DNA of 64,000 nucleotides from the human T2T-CHM13v2.0 reference genome, Homo sapiens: NCBI RefSeq assembly GCF_009914755.1, contig NC_060935.1; one strand, 5' to 3'. Shown piece by piece: positions 26,901 to 38,360 of this stretch (position 1 is its first letter; each line of letters starts with the position of its first letter). The notes under the pieces were generated by a model. It saw only the letters and a program-made list of their open reading frames with translations, ran no database searches and was not told where the DNA came from. The position numbers and the translations under genes were made by a program.

Positions 26901-28012
26901 AAGAATCTCATTAAGTGGATCCTATATTTTATATTTTGTATAAATATATGTTTTATACAAACATATATTTTATAATTTTATAACAGGCTTGGTAAAAACT
27001 GGGTAACTCTAGTGTTTAAGGATCTGAAAAAAGAACAATGACCAGAACAAGATAAAAAGGTGAAAAATTGTTAACAAGAAGGATATTTGGAAGTCATAAG
27101 TCAGTCTTGCTAAAGATGAGAGCAAATTCTCCTGTGACAAAAAGAAGGAACTGGAAGACAGGTGGAGGGAGAGTCACATGCACAGGGAGTTTAACATGAG
27201 TTTCAGTGGAGAACCAAAAAAGGACGTTTCATTTTCTCCGTATGCTTGCAGCATGGCTGTATTTACAGAGACCTGTGAATACTGAGAAGATGTGAAAGAT
27301 ATACTGTAGAGCAGTGGTCTTAAACAGAAATTTCTACAATGATGGAAATATTCTTGGTAGTCACTAGTCACATGTGGCTATTGAGCACGTGAAAAGTATT
27401 TTGTATAAATGTGAAATTTATTAAGTATAAATTTAGGTTTACATAGTGACATGGCTAGTAGCAACCATATCAGATAAAGTAGTTTTAGGGAAAATATGCA
27501 GATTGTGTGATTAATTTGGGCATTAGAAACCAATGGGTTTGACTTATACATGGACTCAACTCAGATTTCAGGAGAGAAAATTGGCTCTTGCATTTGGGAA
27601 TTTAGCTTAACTGAAAGGTAGAATGGTACCAATGTATGTGCTAAAGAAATGAATTGATTTAAACATATTTTCACTTTTTTCAAGGTATTCATGACATCAC
27701 CAAGAACACAGAAAACACTACATATACTCCATTCCTTTATGAAAGTTGTCTTAGAATATTAAATATCCATAGAATTGATATCCCATCTACTCAATGAGAT
27801 TCAAATTTCTTTGAGGGTAGAAAATATGGATTATACTTCTCCATGTCTATGAAGGCTGCTAGGTTATTTTGTTTAAAGTCTAGCAATGGAAACAAGAGGT
27901 AATCTTTGCAGGTGGGATAGCACAGGTTGAACTCTAATCATATATACTGTAGAAGGTATATATAGAAGGTGAAGAAGCCCTGTAAAAATTGACAAGGAGA
28001 TTTCCAGGAGCC

Positions 28013-28957
28013 ATGCTTCCCTCTAATATCACCTCAACACATCCAGCTGTCTTTTTGTTGGTAGGAATTCCTGGTTTGGAACACCTGCATGCCTGGATCT
28101 CCATCCCCTTCTGCTTTGCTTATACTCTGGCCCTGCTAGGCAACTGTACCCTTCTCTTCATTATCCGGGCTGATGCAGCCCTCCATGAACCCATGTACCT
28201 CTTTCTGGCCATGTTGGCAACCATTGACTTGGTTCTTTCTTCTACAACGCTGCCCAAAATGCTTGCCATATTCTGGTTCAGGGATCAGGAGATCAACTTC
28301 TTTGCCTGTCTGGTCCAGATGTTCTTCCTTCACTCCTTCTCCATCATGGAGTCAGCAGTGCTGCTGGCCATGGCCTTTGACCGCTATGTGGCCATCTGCA
28401 AGCCATTGCACTACACGACGGTCCTGACTGGGTCCCTCATCACCAAGATTGGCATGGCTGCTGTGGCCTGGGCTGTGACACTAATGACTCCACTCCCCTT
28501 CCTGCTCAGACGCTTCCACTACTGCCAAGGCCCAGTGATTGCCCATTGCTACTGTGAACACATGGCTGTGGTAAGGCTGGCGTGTGGGGACACTAGCTTC
28601 AACAATATCTATGGCATTGCTGTGGCCATGTTTATTGTGGTGTTGGACCTGCTCTTTGTTATCCTGTCTTATGTCTTCATCCTTCAGGCAGTTCTCCAGC
28701 TTGCCTCTCAGGAGGCCCGCTACAAGGCATTTGGGACATGTGTGTCTCACATAGGTGCCATCCTGTCCACCTACACTCCAGTAGTCATCTCTTCAGTCAT
28801 GCACCGTGTAGCCCGCCATGCTGCCCCTCGTGTCCACATACTCCTTGCTATTTTCTATCTCCTTTTCCCACCCATGGTCAATCCTATCATATATGGAGTC
28901 AAGACCAAGCAGATTCGTGAGTATGTGCTCAGTCTATTCCAGAGAAAGAACATGTAG
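28013..28957 (+). CDS. OR52K1: Olfactory receptor 52K1 (class I OR, 314 aa, intact)
   Basis: GCCATG start; MLPSNITSTHPAVFLLVGIPGLE, N-glycosylation site [64 protein letters not shown]; 945 nt uninterrupted. Confidence 0.93.
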   Translation: MLPSNITSTHPAVFLLVGIPGLEHLHAWISIPFCFAYTLALLGNCTLLFIIRADAALHEPMYLFLAMLATIDLVLSSTTLPKMLAIFWFRDQEINFFACLVQMFFLHSFSIMESAVLLAMAFDRYVAICKPLHYTTVLTGSLITKIGMAAVAWAVTLMTPLPFLLRRFHYCQGPVIAHCYCEHMAVVRLACGDTSFNNIYGIAVAMFIVVLDLLFVILSYVFILQAVLQLASQEARYKAFGTCVSHIGAILSTYTPVVISSVMHRVARHAAPRVHILLAIFYLLFPPMVNPIIYGVKTKQIREYVLSLFQRKNM

Positions 28958-29772
28958 ATGGATAGTTCTCTTTTTTTATCCCACTTGCCAAGTAATGAGA
29001 ATGCTGGATTGGGGTTGAGGGGAAAAATCTAAATAGGAAAATTGCAGAGTATCTTTGACAATTCTCTAGTATGATAAGGAAAATGAGGTTTCATTCCTCA
29101 CAGATCTACGAGTCAGGTCAAACCAGGAGTGCACCTATAGTCTGGTCTGATAGTAGAGGTTTGACCTTCCCATTGTCATAGACTCATCACATGGCTAAGG
29201 AAGACAAACCTCTCAAAGTGGTATTGTAATCTGGGTGAAAGACAGTAGGACCTTTATTGGCTGAGATTGGCCCAAACAGCTGAGTCACCCAAACAGGTGA
29301 CTTCTTTATCCAGGTATGAGTGAGGAAATGTACCTCAAATTTTGACCCCAAAACCATTATTCCTTTTAGTACTGAAATTACCCCCATGTCTTTTCTGACA
29401 AGTACCCTCCACCCTTTGCCACTCTTTATAGCCTACTATCTCCCAATTTTATTTCTACAGTTAGACAGCTCCATTTATAAGTAGATCTATTTCTTCCATT
29501 AAGTCAATTCCTCTTTTACTTCCTTCCTGATAGACATGGCCAATTCCTTTAGTGAACATTTATCAAAAGAGTCCTCCGATGTTCCTTTTTATCAATTTAT
29601 ATCATGTATCTAGCTTTTCACTGCATGTCTTTTGCCTCCAAAATACTTAGTAATATTTATTAAATGAACGGATAGAAGAGCTGAATACTATCTTTGAACT
29701 ATGAACCATGAAAAGAGAAATAACACCCTTCCCTCTTGAAGCTGAGATTTCTGAAAATAAGAAAATACAATA

Positions 29773-30201
29773 CTGTCACACACTGCACAATGAAGTTTTG
29801 GTCAGTAATGGATCACCTATATGATGGTGATTGCATAACATTATAGTACCGTATATTTACTGTATGTTTTTTAACTTTTAAGTTACATGTACAGGTTTGT
29901 TATCTAGGTAAAGCCATGTTATGGGGGTTTTGTTGTACAGATTATTTCATCACCCAAGTATTAAGCCTAGTATTCATTAGCTATTTTTCTGTTTAAATAC
30001 ACAAATACTTATTGTGTTACAATTGCCTACAATATTGGGTTTGTAGCCTAGGAGCAACAGGCTATACCATATAGCTTAGGTGTATAGCAAGCGATACCAT
30101 CTAGGTTTGTGTAAATACACTCTATGATGTTCACAGGTTGATAAAATCACCTGAGGACACATTTCTCAGAATGTATCCCCATCATTAAGCAATGCATGAC
30201 T
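29773..30201 (+). mobile_element. Tigger3a/MER7A, with a short antisense L1PA 3' fragment (~29867-29990)
   Basis: GTTTGTAGCCTAGGAGCAA..GGCTATACCAT..CATTTCTCAGAA.GTATCCCC.TC.TTAAGC.A.GCATGACT terminal repeat. Confidence 0.75.
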
Positions 30202-30384
30202 AGTTAGACATGATTGTAGTTGTGATAGACTGTATTACTGTCCACCAATATTTAGTCTCCTGTCCTTCTATCATGGGTAGGGTATTTCCTTCACTCCACG
30301 AATTTTAAACTTTGCTGTATGACTTGATTTGGCCAATGAAATTTGAGTAGCCCTGAAATGTACTTCGAGAATCAGAAAGTTTAT

Positions 30385-31044
30385 TAAAAAAAACAGATGC
30401 TAGTGAGGTTGTGGAGAAAAGGAAACACTTATATACTGCTGGTAGGAGTGTAAATTATTTCACCCATTATGGAAAGCAGTAGGTGATTCCTCAAAGACCT
30501 AAAAACAGAAATACCATTTGACTGAGTGATCCTTTAGTGGGTATGTACCCAAAGGAACCTAAGTTGTTCTACCATAAAGATAACATGTATGTGTACATTC
30601 ACTGCAGCACTATTCACAATAGCAAAGACACGGAATCAACCTAAAGGCCTATCAACAGTTGACTGGATAAAGAAAATGTGATACATATGCACCATGGAAT
30701 ACTATGCAGCCATCAAAAAGAATAAGATCATGTCCTTTGCAGGAACATGGACGGAGCTAGAGGCCATTATTCTTTGCAAACTAAAAGGGGAATAGAAAAA
30801 TAAAATACCACATGTTCTCACTTATAAGTGGGAACTAAACAATGAGAACACATGGACACAAAGAGGAGCAGGAGACACTGGGGCCTATTTAAGGTAGGAG
30901 GGAGAGGATCAGGAAAAATAACTATCAGGTACTACGCCTAGTACCTAGGTGATTAAAGAACTTGTACAACAAACTCCCGTGACACAAGTTTATTTATATA
31001 ACACACCTGCACATGTACCTCTAACCTAAAATAAAAGTTAAAAA
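30385..31044 (+). mobile_element. 5'-truncated L1PA (old primate) 3' end inside an MLT1-type LTR
   Basis: AACAGATGCT..GAGGTTGTGGAGAAAAGG...CATGGAATACTATGCAGCCAT...CTAAAATAAAAGTTAAAAA. Confidence 0.85.
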
Positions 31045-31849
31045 GGACACTATGATATTGGTGCAAAGATCGAATGGAAAGGAACAGAAAGACAAGAAGT
31101 TGCCTGGTCCATATAGACACGTGTTATTGCAGAGGTGTGTGATACATATGCACCATGGAATACTATACAGCCATCAAAAAGAAATAAGATCACGTCCTTT
31201 GTGGGAACATGGATGGAGCTAGAGGCCATTATTCTTTGCAAATTAAAGTGTGCATTAACTTTCCTGTTTTCTTTCCCCTCTGCTGCAAAACCCAGCAAAG
31301 TTCCAGTTAGAGGCTGTGACAAAGCCAAAGTCCACCCACAATGAGTAAGAAGTGTAAATGAGAAATTGTGTTTGAGCTGCTAAAAAAAAAAATAAACTTT
31401 AAAATATGGCTGGAAGGCTTATCTTTCATTCTTTCCCTCTACCAGAAGAATAAGCGTATCACAGCCTAGACTCATGATGAAGATCCATGGAGCAGATGTG
31501 AATCTGACTCACTGCCTGTAGCATAGTCATAACTGACCCACAATGTTCATATAACATGAACAAGGATGATTTTGTTGTTTTTGTAGTGAACCACTGAAAT
31601 TTGGGAGTTGTTTGTTTCACAGCCTTACCCAAGGATCACCAATTGCTGGAGTTGTGAGTTCTATCTTGCATTTCAACTCATGACAGCTCAAGACTGAATA
31701 TTTAAAGGAAATACAGTCTTCTTACAGCATATCATAAAATTATTTCACTTATCTCTGCTTTTGTCTTTCAAACTCTCATAATGAACACTTCTTCAGTCAG
31801 TTCTACAAAAAGAAGCTCCCATACATACTTTTACATGATCTACTTATAC

Positions 31850-32847
31850 TGTAGGGACCAGCCCTACAGGGTCTGTGAGTTTTTCCCCTTGTGTGCAGAG
31901 ATGAGAGATCATAGAAATAAAGACAAAAGATAAAGAGAAGAAAAGACAGCTGGGCCTGGGGGACCAGTACCACCAAGATGCAGAGACCGGTAGTGGCCCC
32001 GAATGCCTGGCTGCACTGTTATTTATTGGATACAAGGCAAAAGGGGCAAGGTCAAGAGTGTGAGTCATCTCCAATGGTTGATAAGGTCACATAAGTCACG
32101 TGTCCACTGGACAGGGGGCCCTTCCCTGTTTGGCAGCCAAGAAGGAGAGAGAGAGAGGACAGCTTACACCATTATTTCTTCTATGCATTTCAAAGACTTT
32201 TAGTACTTTCACTTATTCTGCTACTGCTATCTGGAAGGCAGAGCCAGGTGTACAGGGTGGAACGTGAAAGTGAAACAGGAGCGTGACTGCTGAAGCACAG
32301 CATCACAGGGATGCTGGATGCTGTGGCCTCCAGATGGCTGTGGGTGGGCCTGACTAATGTCAGGCCTTCCACAAGAGGTGGTGAAACAGAGTCTTCTCTA
32401 ACTCCCCCAGGGAAAGGGAGACTCCCTTTCTGGGTCTGTTAGTAACGGGTGTCTTCCCTAGGAACTGACTACTACTAGACCACAGTCCACTAGGTAATGG
32501 GTGCCTTCCCAGGCACTGGCATTACCGCTAGACCAAGGAGCCCTCTAGTGGCCCTGTCCGGGCATGACAGAGGCTCACACTTGTCTTCTGGTCACTTCTC
32601 ACCGCGCCCCTTTAGCTCTTATCTCTGTATGGCCTGGTTTTTCCTAGGTTATAATTGTAGAGCAAGGATTATTATAATATTGGAATAAAGAGTAATGCTA
32701 CAAGCTGATGATTAATATTCATGTATCATCATATCTATAATCTATTTCTAGTATAACTATTCTGATTTTTTATGTTTTCTTTATTACACTGGAACAACTT
32801 GTGCCCTCAGTCTCTTGTCTTGGCACCCGGGTGGCTTGCCGCCCACA
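31850..32847 (-). mobile_element. 3' LTR13
   Basis: TG...CA termini (TGTGGGCGGC...GGTCCCTACA), AATAAA in the R region, preceded by the PPT. Confidence 0.85.
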
Positions 32848-34904
32848 TCTCCCCCCTTTTTATTAACTAGGATCACCATCACCATCATTGCTTGTCATTG
32901 ACTTCGGACTTTTCCTCAGACTCTTTGGAGGCATCTGCAGGCCAAAAGTAGACAACACAAGCATGCCAATATTAATAATGCCAGGGACAACAATGATCCT
33001 CCAAGGGGTTTGATCCATTTAAAGGGATTAAGATCAGATAATCCTTTAGTTATTGTTTCAAAAATGTCTGAGCCAGGAACAGTGGTTAAATGAGCCTGTG
33101 AGGCCTCAAAAATTTGTTCCTAAGTTTTGAAATATCTAAGGTTAAGTTATCATCCCAGGCTTTTAAATGTCTTGAGACCTTTTCCCAGCTATGTTGATCT
33201 TTATTATAAGCATAAGGCGTTATGCAGTAATCAGAAGTATTCCAATCATGCTGTAATTGCATACAGCATTCCAAATTCATAACTATCTCCCAGCCATATT
33301 ACACTTTGGCAGAGATCATTAATTTGATTAGCTAATTTCTGATCAACTTGAGTCAGAATCCTAGAGTCTGGAGGAGTTTTCCTGCCATGCTTCAACATAT
33401 TGAGCGGTTTGAACAGAATTGTGGGTTGCAACTCCAGTGGTTGCCGCTGTTGCAGTAACCAAAATTACACCTGCAATGACTGCAATAAGAGTAAAAATGA
33501 ATCTCTTAGTTCTTTTGAGGATACCTTTAAGAACTTCATTGACTATGTGTATAGAGGGGGAAGACTCCCATGGATGATGTAAAGAAACTGGTATCCATAC
33601 CCCCTCGCTCCCCAGCCCTTACCAAGAGAATACTTGTTCTGGGATTAAAAGTAGCATCAATGCACGTGAACAGCTTACAGTTATCACATTCTATAGTTTG
33701 TGTATTGGGAATGATAATTGTATTTCCAACCAACAGCATATGAGGGGGTTTGACACATCTCATGATAGGTATCACCCGTTTAGACATCAAGGTGATGTTG
33801 AATATGGGTGTCTTGGTATTAGTAGCAAAGAGTTGATAGGTAGTGTTCCATAGCCTTATTCCTGTCATGGCTGCAGCTAATTTCCATAATTCAGGATGTT
33901 CTGGGGTAACAATTGGATGAATCATTTTTGGTCTAGGAGGAATGATGCCTGTGTACATCAATTTAAATGGGTAAGGAGCTACCCATTCCCTCAACCTGTA
34001 GGACTGCCATCCGTCCTCTACATATTCTAACAAATAAACTCTGAGCATGTCATATTTTGGCTGGAGCAATTCCGCCAATAATAAATACCCTCTTGGAGCC
34101 CAGTCAACAACAACAACCGTAGGTAGAGTTTGCAACACTACGGGCTTTGAAGCATTACAATCATTCCATACAATTGAATTTACTAAAAAAGGTCCCTTTG
34201 TAGGTTTATTGGAGCAGTCTGGCAGTCCTTTTGTTATTTTTTGTGGTAACAGGAACCCTCCATTCCTCATGTGGATTAAGTTTAACAATCATAAGTTGAA
34301 AAGAGTTGGTACTGAACACATTATGTACCTGATAAGAATCATTACTCAAGGATGGTATGGTCCACATCCAATTCTGATAAGAATAAGCTAAACAGCCAGG
34401 TGACATTCCAATGCACAGTGGTGGATATTTATAGCCGATTGACAAATTAAAGTGCACATCTCCTTCTGGTTGAGCTGGAAAGCTGTCATCATTAGGGGCT
34501 GGCATGAAGGCACTATTATTAGTGTAAACTTCTACTGAGGAGTCCATCCAGGAGACAGACTGAATTAAAGGGGGAAAAGGAACATATGTGCAAGAAGCAT
34601 AATTTTGAGTTGCCCCAACTGCTGGTATACTCACCACTACACTGACTACCATAAAGGCAGCCAGAATTATATTACCTGTTTTTGGAATTCCTTTTTCTTG
34701 TAGTAATTTTTCCGTTTGATGTGATAAGACCTTTATTTGACCCCATGTTGGTGGAGTAGAATGACTGGTATTGTAGGTCACACGGTGAGATTGTGTCATA
34801 ATGTTGAGGTCATGGAATTTATGTGTCAGGCGGCAAAGCTTGCCTTTCAATTTCTGACGTTTCTTCGCCTTTTGTTTCTGAGAGCTTTTTATCTTTGAAG
34901 TTAT
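32848..34904 (-). pseudogene. Betaretroviral env remnant (HML-4)
   Basis: [86 protein letters not shown]-like; frameshifts and stops; start codon appears mutated to ATA (34904-34902). Confidence 0.85.
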
Positions 34905-36110
34905 AGTGCAATTTCAGTTGCCGGGAGGGAACCCACACGGGTTGTTGTCCTTCTTTTGGGCAAACACAGCAAAACCCCTACCCCATGTTACCACAGTGCC
35001 TGATTCCTGTTTCTCAGTTTTGCATCTTTCCACCATACCCGCTTTTCCTTTTTGTGGATCAAATTTATTTCCAGTGAAATGTTCTGCTGCTGCAAAAGGT
35101 TGATTTCTTACTAAATTTAAGAAATTTAGTGTAAAAAAGCAGCACTAGTGTAGCCGGGGCCGTCATTAGTTTTTAGTTTCTCGGGACAGCCCATAACTGA
35201 GAAAGATGAAAGTATGTGTCGTTTAACATGAACCATATACTTTCCCTTGTTTGACAAGTGACCCAGATAAAATGAGAAAAGGTGTCAATAGTTAATGTAT
35301 AAAAGAGAGTTTGCCGAAAGTAGGATAATGAGTCACATCCATTTGCCAGAGAGCATTTTGTGAAAGTCCTCTAGGATTAACTCCTGAAGAAAGTGGCTGT
35401 AACATTAACACTTGACAAGTAGGACAGTGATGTACGATGGTTTTAGCTTGTTTGCCTGTAAAGGGGAACTTTTTCCAGAGTCCTGCAGCACTGACATGAG
35501 TTAAAGCATGAACATTTTCTGCATCTGTAAAAACGGGAGCAACTAATGTATCAGCTTTGGCATTTGCTGCCGAGAGGGGTCCGGGGAGGGGTGTGTGAGC
35601 CCGAATGAGTAATGTAGAAAGAAGACCTTGCTGTGAGTACGGATTGAAACTTTTGGAAAAGAAAAATTAGGTTATCAGGCAGAAGTTTGATTAAGGCAGT
35701 TTCAACGTTGCGAGCAACATGTACTACATAGGCCGAATCAGAAACGATGTTAACTGGTTCAGGGAAATCTTCAAGAACAGCCATGACAGCGATCAGCTCA
35801 GCTCGTTGTGCTGAAATAACTCCTGTGTTAAGAACACATTCTCTTGGCCCGGTACATGCTGCTTGGCCATTATTACAGGAAGCATCAGTAAAAACAGTGA
35901 CAGCTTCAGCTAATGGTGTGTTTCTAGTAATGTTAAGGTAAGATCCAAGAAGTGAGTTTAAGGAACCGGAATAGTTTTGCATTAGGATAATGATAATCAG
36001 TTATACCCGGGAAACGTGCCAAATGTACTTGCCAAGCAATGCAGGTTGCAAAAGCCTGTTGGACTTGTAATCAGGTGAGGGGAACAATGATTTTTTGGGG
36101 CTTAATAACC
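34820..36110 (-). pseudogene. HML pol remnant: RT connection, RNase H and a deleted integrase
   Basis: VFTDAS..SAQRAELIAV..VNIVSDSAYVV (RNase H); H..THV..C.TC zinc finger, WQMDVTH, KT.DGPGYTS, TWGRG (integrase). Confidence 0.85.
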
Positions 36111-36939
36111 TTGTCTTCTAGCTGCATTCCTAAATAGTGATAAGGAGAAGAAGTCTGGATTTTTTCTGGGGCAATAACCAAACTGGCTGTTGCAACTGCA
36201 GTTGTGCTGCAGAAAAACAAGATATTAACACGGAGCGTGAAGGTGCCGCAAGATCAGCCGCCTGCTGAGCAAGATCAGTGGGTTGTGGCTGATTTTTTGC
36301 CACAGGGAAGGCAGGTATTGGAGGTTGTAAAATTAGAGGAAATTGCCAGGCTTCGGGATCCCCATATTCTCTTGCCTGTGCTATAGCCCTCATAAGAGGA
36401 GTGTCATTTTTAGGAATGTATGTGACTTGTCACGGTAGCCACCGGACCAGAAGCAGAAAAAAGTTGGAATTTTGAATGGAGGAAAAGTTGAGAACCTGTA
36501 AACCAGGATGAGACGAGATTACCTGCCGAGCAGATCTTTCATGGGCCTGAAATCCAGGCTGCCCCGGTAATTGCAGACCAGGCTACAGGGGAGCCTGAGG
36601 TTTCTTAAAGGGAACCCGATATTCCAAGAGAGATCCAGGCTTCAAGGGAAACATTTTCCGAGAGAGACCCAGGCTTCAAGGGAACCTGATTTTCCGAGAG
36701 AGACCCAGGCTTCAGGGGAGCCTGAGGCTTCAAGGGAGCCTGATTTGTGGAAAGAGAATCAGGCTTCAGAAATGGAAAACTAGGCTGTGGAGGGATAGGA
36801 TTGGGGCCTCATTACCAGGCCAAACAGGCAGAAGGTTGAGAGCCCTACAGCAGGGCTGAACAGGGACAGGGTTGAGATAATACAGGAGGGTTTTTATGAA
36901 GTTTAAATAAGTCGAGTACTTAGTACTGGCTTGTCCCCT
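36111..36939 (-). pseudogene. HML gag remnant (MA start, p15 repeats, CA start)
   Basis: (M>R)GQASTKYSTYLNFIKTLL; AREYGDPEAWQFPLILQP, cf. HML-2 EGDTEAWQFPV. Confidence 0.75.
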
Positions 36940-38060
36940 GGTGTCCCCGGGATACTCTGAGTGCTCAAGCTTACCACCAAGCTTATTGACCACAGTCCTC
37001 AGAAATCTGTCGTCAAATGAATTGTTTTGGGCCCAGATAATATATAATTTTGATAATTTCACTTATTTGTACCTTGATTTTCCCCTGGAGCCCTAGCCTG
37101 CTTTTCTCTTTCTCTGAAGCAGAATTGTCCCTCACAGGATCCGTAATCATGCCAACTTCTCTGAACTGACTATATTGTACTGGATTCCCTGAAGTAGGTT
37201 CAAACTACAGGGCTGGTATCAGATATGTTTTTTTATTCAGACTTGCATTTAAATCTTTAATCCATCTTGAATTGATTCTTTTATATGGTGTAAGGAAGGG
37301 ATCCAGGAGTAATCTTCTGCATATGGCTAGCCAGTTATCCCAGCACTATTTATTGAATAGGGGGGTCCTTTCCCTATTGCTTGTTATTGCTGGCTTTGTT
37401 GAACATCATCTATCTCCACTTTTGTAGATTACATATGAGAGATTATATAGTATTTGTCTTTCTGTGCCTGGCTTATAACATAATGCCATCCACATTCATC
37501 CATATTGTTGCAAGTGATGGGATTTTAAGGCTGAATAGTATCCCGTTGTGTATACATACCACATTCTCCACTCATCTGTTGATGGCCATTTAGGTTGATT
37601 CCATATCTTGGGTATAGTGAGTAGTGCTGTAATGAACATGTGAGTGCAGACCTATTTTCAACATGAGGTTTTCATTTCCTGTGGATATCCATCAAGAAGA
37701 GGGTTTATTGGATCATATGAGAGTTATACTTTATATGAGAGTTTAATTTAAGGAACTGCCATAGTTTTTCCCCATAATGGCTGTACTAGTCTACATTCCC
37801 ACCAACAGTGTGCAAATGTTCCTTTGTCTCTGCATCCTCATCAGCACTTGTTCTTTTTGTTCAGGACTGCTTTGGCTATTCACAACTTTTGTGGTTCCAT
37901 ATAAAATTTAGGATTTTTCCCCTCTACTCATGAGGAAAACATCATTGGAATTTTAATACGGATTGCATTGAATTTGTAGATCACTTTGCATAGTATGGGC
38001 ACTTAAAAATATTCTTCTGATCCATAAACTTGGGATATCTTTTCACTTATTTGTATTTTC

Positions 38061-38360
<300 letters not shown>

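Larger units (their letters stand above)
20985..28957 (+). repeat. Tandem segmental duplication, copy 2 (OR52K unit)
   Basis: Collinear paralog of 6610-14870. Confidence 0.9.
31850..37020 (-). mobile_element. HERV-K(HML-4; HERVK13/LTR13) provirus, internally deleted, 5' LTR absent
   Basis: Minus-strand order: leader with major donor GTG|GTAAGC (36974), gag, RNaseH/IN, env, PPT ATAAAAAGGGGGGAGA, then a ~1 kb LTR starting TGTGGGCGGCAAGCCACCC (LTR13 signature, recalled). Confidence 0.8.

Noticed and set aside
27989-28012. ORF-track N-terminal extension MTRRFPGA of OR52K1
   Set aside because: Starts at TTG. The ATG at 28013 has good Kozak context and aligns with the paralog start.
37020-37040. 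Possible PBS (minus strand TCTGGGCCCAA)
   Set aside because: Partial match to tRNA-Lys PBS TGGCGCCCAA only, with no adjacent LTR end; may be chance.
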